A DNA stretch of 63,962 nt, filler included, from Choristocarpus tenellus KU-1152 (GCA_964200185.2; 11 parts of 11 records of this genome joined end to end with filler, not necessarily neighbours in it); one strand, 5' to 3'. Shown: positions 11,067-25,959, counted from the first letter of the whole stretch. Made by a program: numbers and translations. The notes: a model not told the origin generated them from the sequence alone.

Positions 11067-13388
11067 ATGAAGCTCGTTCGGTTCTTGATGAAGATGAACA
11101 ATGAGACTGTCACGGTTGAGCTGAAGAATGGCACTACGGTACATGGGACTGTAGGCGGCGTGGATGTGAGCATGAATACACATCTCAAGAATGTAAAGGT
11201 CAGTGTAGATGTACAGACAAAGTGGTTAATGATATACGCATTTTTTTGTTCTTGAAGAAGTGCCGTGCTGGTGGGTCTCCTGCAAGCAGGAATATTGTCA
11301 GCCCAACACTCATTCCCATTTTACCTTACGTCGATGTGTATTTAGCTAACTGACCTCAAATACGATCAAGCCCAGGAAAAGATCACAACATTTCCCCAGT
11401 GGCATTCGTCCTGACCATTCTTGAGGGTATGCCAAGTTTAGGGAGCAGATTTAGTTGATTGCAGCCTTCGTCAGACTTTGAATTTTTTGCAAAGTGACCC
11501 CTCGGATCTCGTTATTTGTGGTCTGTATCGTCGTATCTCTTGGGTAGCAACGAGCGGTGCTAATTAAAACAATTTCGCGTTGTGTGTAAATATTACTGAG
11601 GAGAACAAATCTGCCTTGCAATTTAGAGGCTAACGAGTAATATTTGGATCCTCGTTTTTAAGTGTACTGGATGGGACAAGGAGAGAAATGCACTGTATCC
11701 TGCCCTACAATTCTCTCATGCATTGCCTTGATTAACATGGCGAACCTGATCTGATTAACCGACTATGGAGCCCTACTTTCAAAAACCTCTAGACTCTAAT
11801 ATATCGAGGGCTTACAATTTGACCAGTATAAAGTATTGTGTGAGCCTAATATAATGACATAGCATCGTTGCTGTGCAAGTGGTTGTACTGCATCATTTTC
11901 ATGATGAAGATAAGTCTCCCATTGCAGTTGGCACTTGTTCACAAATTAAGAACATGTAGATTGTTGAGCGTGAAAAAGTTGCACCAATGTCAAAGGTTGC
12001 TTGATTCTTTGTCCAAAGCATCACCCCCCATTGTGTGGTGCCTGTTGCCGTTTTTCCTTGTTAGGTAATGGCTTATACGCTTTTCTTGAAGACATTGGTG
12101 TTATTACTGCATGAATTCGCGCTGGGTTTTTCCAGGTTATGCTGTAATATATTTTGCTGGTTCACTTTACTTACAGTACAGCAACCTGTGCATTTTTTCC
12201 TTATCTTGGTATAAACATGCGAGACATCTGACTCTAACATGGCAGGCAGATGTTCGCGAACATACTGATGTATATAGCAGGTGATAGTTAACATGACACT
12301 TATTGTCTAATGCCCACGTGTTTTTACATTTCCATGCACTACCAACTATGAGTTTTATTTTCTACCTGCCAAGAGCTGTGGCTGTCCTGTGTCCCATTGA
12401 CCATTGTGTTGCTGTGGGTGGCCCTTAGTAAGAAGCTTTATATTTGTTATATTCCCTGTTGGTTGTTGTTCTTATTGGCATAAGGCCACAACCTTAAGGT
12501 TATATTCCATCTGCTCCCACCAATTGCTTGGTCCCCGGCTTCAATAGTTCCCTATTGATAGGTCATTTAAGTTAATGTGCCATTGATGATACATGCTGTA
12601 ATCGTTTTGAGAAGTTGGTTTTTGTTTTCCTTTACTCTTCAAAATGCTCCCAATATTTACATGAAATGCCATCTATTATTGCATACAACTCAGGGTGGTG
12701 GATACCTGACTGATCCCATGTGACTACAATGCCCTTTGTGAAATTAATACCAAAATAGAGATGACTTGTAAATGGTTGCTATTGAGGGTATGAGTTTTCT
12801 TTTCTGATGCCGAAAAGTGCGTTTATTGGGCAATTTTTTTCCATTTGCCATATAATGTCTTATGAATCGAGCATGGAGTCCTGTGGAATTTTTAAAATAT
12901 TGGCTCACTAGTTCATGTGTCTGCTTAAGTGTATTTAGGCGTGTCTTACATAAAATTCATCCATAGTCAGTTATGACCTGAATACCTAAGATTGACTCCC
13001 TCTAGCCTCTACAGCCTGTTGCTTCGTTATGCACTTCTCAATGCTGCGTCCTTCGGCAGTAAGGGCACTCAACAATAGCTGCAATAAGGGAAAAGACATT
13101 GTCAATATCCCACCTGCCCCCTTTTGCCTTCCTGGCACCATTTTTGTGCTTGTTCAGGTGACTCCAAAGGGAAAGAACCCAACAAGTTATGACAGCCTGT
13201 CTATTCGAGGCAACAATATCCGCTGCTACATTCTACCAGACAACCTCAACCTCGATCAGTTGCTCATAGATGACACCCCGAAGCAGAAGCCTGGCAAGGT
13301 CAAGGATGCCGCTGGTAGGGGCAGGGGAAGAGGGATGAGGGGAAGGGGTCGGGGGAGGGGGAGGGGAGGGGGGCGGGGCAGGTTTTAA
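11067..13388 (+). CDS. SNRPD1: Small nuclear ribonucleoprotein Sm D1, complete, 2 exons, 120 aa
   Basis: Exon 11067-11198 ([44 protein letters not shown]), GT..AG intron, exon 13158-13388 (VTPKGKNP...[26 protein letters not shown]...GR-repeat tail). Confidence 0.97.
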
Positions 13389-15794
13389 ATTTTATTTTGG
13401 TGGTGACGAGGTATTCTATGNNNNNNNNNNNNNNNNNNNNNNNNNNNNNNNNNNNNNNNNNNNNTTAATTAATTAANNNNNNNNNNNNNNNNNNNNNNNN
13501 NNNNNNNNNNNNNNNNNNNNCATATATATAGTTTTCATTGGTTTCCCCCCTGAAACATCTGCAAAATGTCAGAGGGCATAATAATAAAATATAATATTTC
13601 ACAGTTGACTCCCCCAACACAAGCAACAAACATAATTCTATACCAAAGGTGATTAGAGGGGGTGAAGGGGAGGAAGAAAATAAGAGTGTTTGTTTTACAA
13701 GAGTTTAGAGAACAGAACGTGCAGGTACAAGCTGTTCTACTTGTGGACTACTTGCAATAATATAGGAACATTTCGTATTTTGTGTTGTGTGGAGGAACTT
13801 CCAGTTCGCTTGAGGAAACGGCACATCAACTTCTGGCATTATTTTGAAGACAATACAATAAGTTAAGCGTAATATTGTTAAATATTCACCAATAAGAACA
13901 CGTGTACAGTGAGCAGGTGCACACATCTATCTGGGATTTTATCTGTCTTAGTTTAAAACACTACAAATATCAGTATAGCGAATGTGACTGATAGTCACGT
14001 TTGCTAACAAATTTCTCAAAAGCGTATTTTGGAGGCATTATTACAAGGGTGTACGTATGTGCACTCACAGATTTTTTTTTGTCCAAGTAATGGAGGAATC
14101 AATTCGTATCGTAGACATAGTTGTCCATCTTTCCTATGCAGTCGTGTCTATAAAATATTCTGTGTAAGGCCTTTCCATTTTGAGCTGTCATAGAGTTGTG
14201 CTTGGCAGATTGCTGGTATTGAAATATCCAATAACAGGGCCTACTCTTCACAAGGACTTGAAGGTAACCACTCCCCATTCCGACTCGTCATGTAGGAGGG
14301 TGTTTCTTAGCAAGTGTACGCATTAGCACGGTTGTTCTCAACAACAGTGGAAAATTATAAGCTACACAGAGCCAAAACAACTGAGAGGAAGGCAGGGTTG
14401 CATTTGTAGATCCCGAGGAAGCGCAAAATGAAGTAATTTTGTACAATTTTAGAAAGAACCGTGGTTAAATGTGGTGTCACTTTGTGTGTGGAAAGGGGCA
14501 CATCAATTTTGCACACACTATTATAGTGCACACAAAGGAATCAATAGTGTATCGCACAGGGTCAGAAAGACAGGATAGAGTGCAAAATATAACCTACCTA
14601 CCTCTCAAATAGTTTGACTCACACATGTAGTTGCTTATTCCTTAATTATCTTCAATTTTATCCCCTGGAGCTTAGGTCGACCTGTCTCCTTTGGTTTCCC
14701 CGAAAGAAAATCTGGCGTGCAACTGGGCTGGACCTTTTTGTAAGAGGCATTTCCTTTTTTAGTTTATCTCCTGAGGTTCCACATATTTAGTCTGTACGAG
14801 ACACTACAGAGAACATGGTATGGGTATCCCATGCGCAACTCGAATTCAAGGAATATATACGATGCCCTCTCACATACTGAAGATGTATCAGGGAGAAACA
14901 GATGACGAGGACTGCTGTAAACATGTCAGTTCTCATACATAAAAAATATACCTCTATAAAAAATACTTACTATGTGGAAACTAGCAGTACAGTAATGCTC
15001 CCTTGAAGGTCGTTAGCTACAATGTAATGTGTACACTGCTATGCTTCTAACATAGCGTAGCCCTACGAAGGTGGGCGAGGAGCTAGGGAAGCTCCCCAGG
15101 ATCAGGTAGGCACCTTCTTCCCTATCTGCCTGGTGACTCTAGGTTGAAACGTATTGGTGTGTCTCGAGAGAGCCACCTGTGAACTGACGGACTCTATCTG
15201 TCTCAAACACAGCCTGATAGTCCCTGTCCTACAGTATCCTTCCGTCTGTCTTCCCTCTATATTAATTGTATTTCTATCTCATCCAAGAATCTTCCTAGGT
15301 ACTTTCCAGTAATAGGGCAATTTTTCCAGTTGATGATTGTGTGTGTATGAATGTATCATGTTATAAAAATGTGAATGCAACGTGTACGTATTACGTTTTC
15401 TGTGGTCTTTCAAAACAAACTTTGGATTAGAACGATTTGACATAAAGCATACCAAACCTGGAGGATGGGGGATCTTTGTGACCTTAACTCGGATAAATCG
15501 AAAAGCACCTCGCCCGCAAATATGAACGAAGATAGAAGCCCATCAGAGGAGATACACGGGGTGGGTGTCAGGAAGCAGGAGTTGGATAGTAACCAAGAGC
15601 AAGGATCGTCTTCTCCCCAATGTGAAAGAAATCAAAGAAGTCAAGGAGGTTTGGAGAAGGTGGGTGGCTGCGCCGATCATTATATTTTTTAGATAGACAG
15701 GTCTCAATGTGCGAAGAAACTGCTCGGAAACTAATAATCCCGCACTACTTTCCATGCTAAGATCGTCTGAGTCGGCATCAAGTGGAAGTGAGGA

Positions 15795-16079
15795 CATACT
15801 TCTGTGACTCTGAACCAAACCAACCAAACCAAGACAAACACATGAACTCACAAGCCACGATACAAGTCTAGGTCATAGCAATATGATTCACGATATAAGT
15901 TCCACGAGTGTCAAAGATTTGAGGGACATATTTCGATCCTCATACTTCTGTGACTCTGAACCAAACCAAACCAAGACAAACACATGAACTCACAAGCCAC
16001 GACGCAAGTCTAAGTCATAGCAATATGATTCACGATATAAGTTCCACGAGTGTCAAAGATTTGAGGGATATATTTCGAT
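15795..16079. repeat. Near-perfect tandem duplication of about 140 bp
   Basis: CATACTTCTGTGACTCTGAACC...TATTTCGAT occurs at 15795-15937 and 15941-16079. Confidence 0.9.
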
Positions 16080-18904
16080 GAGTATATCAGACGTGTCGCT
16101 GTATGCATCTCACCATACCTGTATTCCTTTAAGGTATCCTACCGAGCAAGAACCTCGTCTTTAATAATTGGCCAGAACTTGGAGTATCCATGGTGTTGTT
16201 GCAGCATTTGCTTGAGTTTGATAAGTCATTTGCAATGGGTACTGATCCCACCTTCCCTTCTCTTCCCTGCCCCTTGTAAGAATTTGTACAAGATGTAAGC
16301 GTAGTATCATGTCGAAAACTCACCGAGGCTGTATCATACTGCTGCTGCGGATAAGATCCTAGAACACTTGGATTAAATTCTGCAGACAAACATTAACCTT
16401 GCGGTGTGGTTTATAGGCCTGGCATATGATATATGACTCTTTGGACACTGGTCCAAGTTTTTGAGCTGGATGTATGAAGCAATAGTATGCCCGTCTTTGG
16501 TCTGGCAACTTTTGACAGAATGAAGCACTCCAATAGCAGTCTGATGGATACTTCCAGGACCTTACTCAAAACGTAGTTAAATAGACTGGCCCGTCCCTGT
16601 TTAAACATGAATATATTTAACCGGTGCTGACTTTGTCAATAGCTTTTTAAAAACACTGGCCAGCCGTGTCGTGAAAATGGGGTAAACATCAGGATGACGC
16701 CAAGTTCTTCGTCCTTGAAAAAATACTTTTGATGTATAAGGTTGCCATACATTATATAAAATATGCTCCACTTGAGAACACACTACAAGTACTACTAACA
16801 AATGGGTATTATCCATACCTCCACATCAGACCGGCTGTTAACATCTGCTTTGATGCTTGAAGTTTGTTTCACGTAGTAGCAATTCACTACTCATATTCAA
16901 ACTGCCTGGCCCAGTCCAGCTAGGATGAACCCTGGCCCAGGTCTGTCGAAGTATGTCTTGACCAGATCGAGTCACAGCCAGCCCTGTTAAGATGTAGCCT
17001 GTCCCGACTAACCTGTGTACTGACCTTGTTAAAATGTGAAAAAGGCCCTGAACTGGGCCTGTTGGAACACATCTTTATTGGGCTGCCATGGCGCTTTGTG
17101 CTGTCAGAGTAACCCGGTCCGGATTAAAGCCCGGGTGATTTTCATTTTTTTTTTAATTGCAAATATCAAAAGCATAAACACACATGCACACACACACACA
17201 CACACATTTATATATGGAATGAACAGGATTCCCTCCCCAGAGCCTCAGAGCCCCCACATTATCAATCCAGTGTTTCTCAGAATTCTTGGTCAAGTTCGTT
17301 GATGTCCTGGTCCAATGGCATCTCCCACTCCCCCCCCCCGATATTGTCTTGAGATAATTTTTGATGTTTGAAAACTTCAAGTATCCTGTCTTCGCACTTG
17401 AAGGGTCACGATATGTCCCAACGGTGGGTACCGGTTGTCCTCATCCAGCTGAAACAGAAAAAAAAAAGAAATAAAAAAACACTGAGTGGAACCGAGTCAA
17501 TTGATTGGATTGTGTGTGTGTGTGTGTGTGTGCTCTGCTGTTACGGACACCTTGCTGCTAGCGTTGTGCATGGAAAACAATTCGCGAGTATTGAGTTGAA
17601 TCTGCTCTTTAAGATTTTTTTTTTTTTGGGATCATATAATCGAAATATGGGCGCAGTGAATGAAGCAAGGCAGGCAGGCAGGCAGGCAGGTGCACCGCAC
17701 CGTGAGACACCATATTTGTTGAGCAAAAATGCTAAAAAAAAATACAAGAAAAAATCTTCACCCCTCGTTTTTTTAATTTTTTTTTCAGGGAGTTTAAAAA
17801 TCCGTTTTTTTTTGTTTTTTTTTTTGAATTGTACCGATTCAATTTCTGCAATTCGTGACACTATTTCTTCCACAAGTGGTTAGCTGTACCGTGGTGCTGA
17901 CCAATTTCGGTTGCATTTTCCTGGGTGAAATGGATCAGAACCGATCCTGCCTGGGAAGCGTGTGTATGTACTCATAGAAGCGTTTTTTCTCCCACAATTA
18001 GAAAAAAAAAAGCAGTTCTTTTTTTTTTTGTGGACTGCTGCATCGTTGTTGTTCAAAAAAATGATTTCCCTCTAACCAATAAAATATGACAGTCTTCTCA
18101 TTTTTATTTTTGTGGTCTGCTGCATCATCGTCGTAATCTCCAAAATAAATGAAGATTAGGAATATATATTATATCTATATTTTTTATTTTTTCCGAGTTA
18201 CTTCCCTCCCCGAAGAGCACGGCACAGTTTTGAAATCCCTGTCTTAATTTTTTTTAAAATTAATATTATTATTATTATTATTATTTTACACTCTTGTTTT
18301 ACCACGGTTTGGAGGGACGGACCCGAGAGCTGCCGACGATTGTTTCGTTTTTTTTTGTTCCAACAGCACAAGTAGAGAGAGAGCCCCCTCTTGATTTTGT
18401 CTTCACGGTAGTGAGAAGCCCTCTGTCAAGGATTTTGCTTGTCCATGTGTGGGGGGCTACGATTTGAAGTGCGTGCAAAATTGAGTTGATTTCAAGTTGG
18501 GATTTATTGTTGGACCCGTTTGATTCTCGCTGCTGGAATAGTCAGAGCAGGGGAGTGCGTCAAGATTTATGCTTTTGACCATTATTTGTGAGAATATGAT
18601 TCCAAGTAGTATATTTTATGTATGTGCAGACGATGGATGATGCGGGGACATTGAGGATACTTAGGGTTAGGGTATTTTATGTATGCCCAGACGATGATGC
18701 GGGGACGTAAAGGACGTTACTTTGAATCAGTGCGTGCATAATAAATATGATTTCGAATCATATTCTGACAAATAAAGGTCAACCATAATCTTGGACACCC
18801 CTCCCTCTCTTGGTTTGTTTTCTCAATAGTGAGAAGCCCTCTCTCGAACCCGTTTTGTGAGAGCCGTTCGGTGATAGCACAAGCAAAGCGGTGCGCCTGC
18901 GCCG

Positions 18905-18946
18905 AAAACCAAAACCAAAACCAAAACCAAAACCAAAACCAAAACC
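18905..18946. repeat. (CCAAAA)n microsatellite
   Basis: About 6-7 hexamer units directly visible; they generate spurious KP, NQ and WF repeat ORFs. Confidence 0.9.
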
Positions 18947-19025
18947 TCAATGGGCATGCGATATGCAACGTTCTGCTGGATGCATCTCACCTCAATTGCA
19001 ACCGGCCGGGCCCCTCGCTTTTTTT

Positions 19026-19074
<49 letters not shown>

Positions 19075-20098
19075 AAAAAAAAAAAAATTTCTTTTTCTTT
19101 TTTTTTACTCCAAAAAAACACCCACCCCCTTTTTAATTTTTTTTTTTTTTTTTTTTTTTTTTTTCGATGTTTAATCCAAAAACAAAAACAAAAAAATGTC
19201 CTTTCCTGCTCATCAACTCCAAAAAAACATCCAACACCTGTTAAACGTTTTATTATTTTATTTATTACTATTATTATTTTTTCATCTGGCTGATGTCCCG
19301 GCACCGATGTGTGTAGGCCTACTCTTGCTCGTACTTCCTCCAGAAACGGTGGAGGGATATATATATATATATATTTATTTATTTATTTTTTGAGGTGTAT
19401 TTTGTAATTATTTTTTTCCCACGTGTATTTGCTGCCATTGCGTGAAATCTCTTTTTGACTCCCCCCCCCCCCCCGAGAAGATATTGAGGTGACCTTTTTG
19501 TAAGGTGGGTGTTCCCCACTCCAGTTNNNNNNNNNNNNNNNNNNNNNNNNNNNNNNNNNNNNNNNNNNNNTTAATTAATTAANNNNNNNNNNNNNNNNNN
19601 NNNNNNNNNNNNNNNNNNNNNNNNNNGGGGGGGGGGAGGGGGGGGGGTGGGTGTGGGTGTCCCCCCCCCCCCCAAAAAAAAAAAAAAAAGGGTCCTGTTT
19701 GGTGTTTAACCAATTGGTTTCTTTTTCGCGTTAACTTCTGTGGTGTAGATATGTAAGGGATTGGTGTTGGTCATCTGTACAAAGTAAGACTGTTGCTGTA
19801 CCTTTTGTAAAAAAATTATTGTATTTATTTGGGGGGTACACCTCACACTGTCAGGAATTGAAAAAATCACACCAGCCTGCCTTACCTTACGCCCCTCATG
19901 TTTTTTTGCCAGAGGCTGCAGCTGCCACGATTGAGTCCAATTGAATTAATTTGATTTCTACACGAGTCTACTGTGCTGTTGTGCCTAAACATAGCCCAAT
20001 TGATTAAATCCCATTTTAATATTAGCTCCCCCAATCCCCCCGGCCCCCCCTCATCTCCCCTCTAACTGCTTCAACCGCTCCAATCTCCAACCTGTTAG

Positions 20099-21689
20099 GA
20101 TGGCTTCGAGTATGATCAGCTAACCTTTGTGAACATGATCTTGGGGTTCGCACGTCTGGGACGGTATGAGGATGTTCTGGTGATGTTCAGGGGATTGGAG
20201 ACACTGACTGCGTGGCAGAGAGCCAGCGGTAACCTGCCTTCAGAGCGAAAGAAGGGGTATTGGGGGTGCTACAACGAGGCACTAAAGGGGTGTGAGGTAA
20301 GCCATGTGTGAGGGGGTGGGGGGTGGTGGGAGGTGATGGGGAGTTATGTGGATGAATGCTAGTTTCTTTAAAATTGAGCAGTTCCTGTTTTTGGTTTTGT
20401 TTTTGCTGAGTGAACGTTTGTGTGAAATACTTTTTCGTTTGTTTGTTTGTTTGTTTGTTTGTTTGTTTGTTTTATAATTTTATTTTATGTTTGATGGAAA
20501 CAAAAAAATCTGTTTTTGTCGGTTTGGGTTTTATTTATATTGTTTTTGTTTGGAGCAAGATGTTATATTGCCAAATTGTGGGAAAAGAGACTGAAATATG
20601 AATCGAAGATTAGGGAATGGATGGGGTAGGGGGTAGGAGGGGCAGGTGATGGTGCCGGGGGAAATGGGATTTATTTCTTTGTGTTCGTTGAAAGAATTAG
20701 GGTTAGGGTTGGTTAAGGGTGTGCAATGTACTTGATGATTTGCTTTGTGATACGCCTGGAGAAATTGACATGGAGTATATATATTAGTTTGTGTTTAAAT
20801 ACACCCAAACCTCTCGAGGTGCTTATATTGTATTGCTTTGAATTCATACAGTACTTGATGGTAAGTGGTTTGGGTGTTTTAAAATAGCAATTTGATGACA
20901 TCAGCAGAAAATTTAAATATTGCAACATTTTGGAGTGATGGATGGTTTTTAAATGGTTTGTGATGTGTTTTGTTTGATGTTGTTGTTGTTGGGGTTTTTT
21001 TTTGGGGGGGGGGCACATGTGCTATTTTAATATCAACCGACTCTTGCACGGATTAATATTTGAATAGTAATAATAAATTTATTGTAAAGGTTGCGGAAGG
21101 TCATTTCCAAAACTTTCAATTATTTTTTTTTTGTCAATAAAGCGATGTACTTGGATACATCGAGCGTTTAAACACTCTTTTTTGTCTTCTATTAGCTTTG
21201 CTCTTGAAATAATTTGTCTGTATATGTGGATGTGACTGAAGTCTAGCTGTGTAACCAAACTACATCATCCAACAGTCGTTTTTCCATTGGTGAGATGAGA
21301 AGAGACACACTCACCTTGAAAGCACATGTTTTTGTGTGTCCATGTGTTTTTGATCCCTAATGTGTTCCTCTCTCAGTGCATAAATAGATGTGTTTGTAGT
21401 GCTTTGTCCTTTCCTAGCACAGAATATATACATACATACATACATACAGACAGACATACAGACATACAGACATACATACATACATACATCGTCGACAACT
21501 GTTTTTTTTTCTTTTGTGCGTCAACCCTAACCCCGACTCCCGCTTCATTTCCACACCACTCTTTGGCGGTTAGATCATGGGGGACTGGAAGATGGCAAGA
21601 CGCCTTGTCAAGTCTCTACAAAATGAGGGCATGTCTGTGGATGTGGTTATGTACGGAGCAGCCATTGGTGCCTGTGCCAAAAGCGGACA
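20099..21689 (+). CDS. Pentatricopeptide repeat (PPR) protein, two internal exons
   Basis: Exon 20099-20296 (DGFEYDQLTFVNMILGFARLGRYEDVLVMFRGL...CYNEALKGCE) splices in phase 0 to exon 21574-21689 (IMGDWKMARRLVKSLQNEGMSVDVVMYGAAIGACAKSGQ). Both fit the PPR consensus, with AG acceptors and GTAAG donors. Confidence 0.88.
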
Positions 21690-22815
21690 GTAAGTGCCTG
21701 AGGAAAGAGGGGGAGTTGTAGAGATGGAGGGGAGAGGGGCGTGTTGGTGCGGTTTTTGTTTGGCTATGGGCGGCACAGGCCCTGTGGTCGTACTTCTCGA
21801 ATGCGTATGACTACATATACTGAGTATATATAGCTACATTTATGTATAGTTAAGTATGTATAATTGCAATCATTTTGGTTTTTTACCTTTGCACTATTTT
21901 TGGTGAAAGGGCTGTGTGTAGATGCGATGGCGGGAAGTTTTGATCAATATATATATATATATATGCGTTTTTTTTGTGAAATCCTGCTGATATTGAGAGG
22001 GTGCTGGAAAAAAAAAAAAATCCTCTGTGGGTTATTTTTTGTACAAAGGGCGGCGGTTCTCATCGACTGAAAATTTTGTTGGCATTTTTTTCTCTGCTCA
22101 GGAAACTTTTTTGTTAGTCCCAAATGGCGAATGAACCCCACCCGGTTGTTAACATTTGTTAAATATATATATATATAGTAGTGTTTTGGTACTTTTTTGT
22201 TTTTTTTAAGAAAAAATGGTATCGTCGTCGGTTTAGTCAGCAGTACGGAATGGCTTGAGGATAAGGAAAAACCCGTTTGAAGAGTTAATTTCCAGAAGAA
22301 AAAAATAATGCTTGTACAGGTGGGGGTAAATTTATAGCACCAAATACTGCTCTGGCGAATGCAGGTTTCCAATATGAGCGGATTATGAGAAATTTCTGGG
22401 TTGATAGTGCATTTATAAACAAAAAAATCACCCTGTGAAAATGTGAAAAGCATTTATTTATAAAAAAAAAACGACGGTTTTGGAGTACTTGGTTGCATAC
22501 ATAGTCAGGTTATCTAGTACTTCAGAACTCCCAACTACTAATGCTTCTTCATAAGAGAAACAGACCTGTATACTTCAACTATTGGTATTGTGGCACTTGG
22601 AATGGGGGGGAGTGTGTGTGTGTGTGTGTGTGTGTGTAGGGGGGGGAGAGGAGGGGGGATATCAGGATTCATGAGGGATGTAATTTTGTGGGAGATGGAG
22701 AGGGGGATAGTGCGTNNNNNNNNNNNNNNNNNNNNNNNNNNNNNNNNNNNNNNNNNNNNTTAATTAATTAANNNNNNNNNNNNNNNNNNNNNNNNNNNNN
22801 NNNNNNNNNNNNNNN

Positions 22816-22909
22816 TTCGATGTATGCAACTAAATCACTCAAAAATCGTGACATGGAAAATGGGCCCCAAATGGACAGCCGCCACCCCCCCCCCCAGATA
22901 CTTTGAGCT
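22816..22909 (-). mobile_element. MITE family B partial copy
   Basis: Reverse-orientation match to the left half of the 32760 copy; ends GCCACCCCCCCCCCCAGATACTTTGAG. Confidence 0.7.
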
Positions 22910-24099
22910 TTCTAAAAAACGTCGAATTTTGCATATATTAGTCAGCATCCTTAAAATACAACTCTGGGCACCTCTCGTTTACTTCCAACTCCTTGCTTGT
23001 CAGAGCACTGAAAAAGGAATGGGTGGGATAGTATTCCTAACCCTCCTTGATTTAGTGCTTGTCTATGTAAATGGTAAGAAATAAGTGGGTAGAGCTGATT
23101 GAATACAATATATCACAAGAAAAAAATTAGTGAAGAGAAATATCTCAACTATTCACGTGCCAGAATGTATTTCCAGTGTGGGAATTTGAAGGGATATCTG
23201 TGAGGTGAAACCAAAATCGATTTTCCTTCTGAATCGTCACCAATAAGAAATATACTCCAGAGTAATATTGTTGGTATCCTGCCATGAACACCGGGACAGT
23301 TGCACGACAATCTCAAACCTTACTATTTGGCAGTAAAATTCATTGTATTAAGCTTTCTATATCCCACCCATAAGCGACCATTGAACCCTGTCACATAGAT
23401 GTTCTTCATCATATAGTGATTTTGACTCACCACTGTTACAAGAAAGAACAGGAGTAGGAATAGAATATATGGAGATAAAGAAGCGATTCCTTCTTGGGGA
23501 TTTGCAGTTATCAGAATTCCAAACAATCATTCAATCTGTAGGTGAGTTAGAAAACCTCAGTGGACACTACCTGCGCTGAAGGGTTAAAGAGATAACTACG
23601 ATCATTTTGTTGGATGCAGCTCCGCAAGTATAAGAAAATCAGAGGCACAATACTCTTGAACATTACTTTTTCAATATTCTCTTAAGCATACTTTTTCGAT
23701 GTTCTTTTAAGCATTACTTTTTCAATATTCTCTTAATACATTTCCTTTTGTTGCGGTGTCTCATATTATCATTGTCAGTCGTTGAATTATGGACGAACAG
23801 ATTGGATGTTTGTCATCCTAAGATTTATGCCTCAAAAAACCGTAACACTAATCGATGGCATACGAGACATCCACGATAAATCTGTGTAGTAGCTAGTATT
23901 CGATCAACTAAATCTCCGCTGTATGTGTATGTACAAACCATGCCAACACATCCTATATCCTCATCACAACATGTCAACTGGCAGTAGGGTTAGCCCTATG
24001 CATCATACAACATACGACCCTCTTCACTGGAAACTGAAGCAGTTGGGAAATTGTATCTTAACACAAAAATGTGTTGTGGCTGGATAGGAAACAGATTTA

Positions 24100-25440
24100 G
24101 TCTCTTGCAGAGTCATGCTGTGTACAAAAATACCGATCCATTTCCTGAGACAACTCTAAAGGGTACAAGTGTTGTACATTGGTTGATCATGAAACATAAG
24201 AAGAAATTGGAAGGATTTCCTAACACAAACTTCATTGCATCTTAAGGAGGCACCACAGACCACCAATTCACATCTTCCAACATCCCATTTTACTGCATTC
24301 CTAGAACACAAAATCGCAGGCATGAACTAATTACCGTGTATTTTTGTAAACCAAGCATCATTTATGAGTAAGTAAGGCATTGGAAACATGTCGCTTTTGA
24401 AGAGGAATGAGTTGGATAATGTGAAGTGGTCCAGAATGACTCACCTACTTGTTGAAATATTATGACTAATCTCAAAATTTTGATGATTTTATTATAAATG
24501 CACCTTTTTTCAGAGCTCAACTTCATTACGTATGCTCTGCATACATAATGAAAAATATTCAAAAGCTTGATCTTCAGATTCGGCCACCCCATTTGAGCAA
24601 ATGGAAAGTACCCGAGGACTGTAAGACCATCGCTTTGCATCACATCTCAAAAATCCAACTCCTTTTCAATCTCAACGGCTATAAATACATTCTCCTTAGT
24701 ACACATTCTCAACATTTTGCTACAAAAGACATTGCAACCCTAATCCCAAGATGAGAGGCAACACACACCATTCACCAATCGCCACAACACGCAACAGAGA
24801 CGATGAACTTCAATGAATACTCCACAAGACAAAATGAAATATGACAGGTGAATATACCAGTAAATGTGTTTTGTATGAAGTGTCGCAGAGTCTTTTTCAT
24901 GTATAATATTCCAATTTTCTTATCCCTGCAATTACCCATCTCATAGAATGTCCTTTGTACAGAACAAAAGTTGCATCCTTTCTATGCTGATTGTGACTCT
25001 AGGTACAGGCTGAGGGGATACATGATATATCTCGACACACTAATTATGCCAACAACAAATTACAAATTAAAACTATTTGCACACTACTTGGGGTGATTGT
25101 GCTTTCACCTTGAACATGAGATCATTGCTTCTGCTTCCTATTGAGCAAACGCTTGCATAAGTTGGGATCTTGTTGAGGTGTATCAATAACAAACACTGCA
25201 ACTTGTATGCAGGTGTGCAATGGCAATGAACAGAAGCGCTTCATGACTATGCCCTATTGTAGGACTACATCAAGCATCATGGCATATTCATTACAAAGGA
25301 AGACTTGTACAAATATTGTATGCACAAGCCAATACTTTGTATCTTGTGCATGTCTTGGAACTCCTAATCATCTAGTCCAGTTTTACTTCTTTATTTCCAA
25401 ATACGTATTTCCAGCAATGTACATCAATTGGTGCTGAAGT
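24100..25440 (-). pseudogene. Decayed DNA-transposase relic, Plavaka/CACTA-like
   Basis: Stop- and frameshift-disrupted minus-strand peptides occur in the expected order: VAVFVIDTPQQD, TLHT...GIF, LGYFPFA...LLNIFHYVCRAY, YNTCTL*S. They resemble the D.P, D.LH....G and N.T...E motifs. Boundaries are approximate. Confidence 0.4.
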
Positions 25441-25959
25441 TTATGTCTCTTACAAGGCGGGCACTCAGGACTTCACAGCCAATCTCCACCCACCCGGTCT
25501 CCCCCTCCTGCAAGTTGGGATTGAAAAATTGAACAAGTGACAAGAAGAGGAAGAGTCAGGGTCCTAAAGTTACTATTTTATCAACAATGCAAATTACAAA
25601 TAAGAGCTCATGAAGATACTCACATCAAACCAAAAATGGTGCAAATATTAGGTACATTCGAACACATTTCAAATCTATTCACTTCCCAACTCAAATATAT
25701 TGAAGATTTATAAAAACAGATATAAAAGTATGAAAGTCATCACCTCAAATTTCATCAAACGCTTCAATTTTAACTCAGCAAGGGAGAGGGGGGNNNNNNN
25801 NNNAAAAAAAAAAAAAAAAAAATAAGAAAACCACCACAAAAAATTTCAAAAAACCCTCAATTTTAAACGAGGGGGGGGGGGGGGGGGGGGGGGGGTCAGA
25901 CTGGCTATAGTACCAGCCCCACACTCCCTTCCTCCATTTGGCTGTGCAAAACATCTTAC

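Noticed and set aside
14996-15309. Possible solo LTR ending ...TACTTTCCA
   Set aside because: Could not define a convincing TG start with a 5-bp TSD.
15465-15692. Low-complexity 75-aa ORF
   Set aside because: No domain or convincing exon chain; cannot be supported as a gene.
18717-19393. ORFs with KP, NQ, WF and poly-F/K repeats
   Set aside because: Translations of microsatellites and homopolymers.
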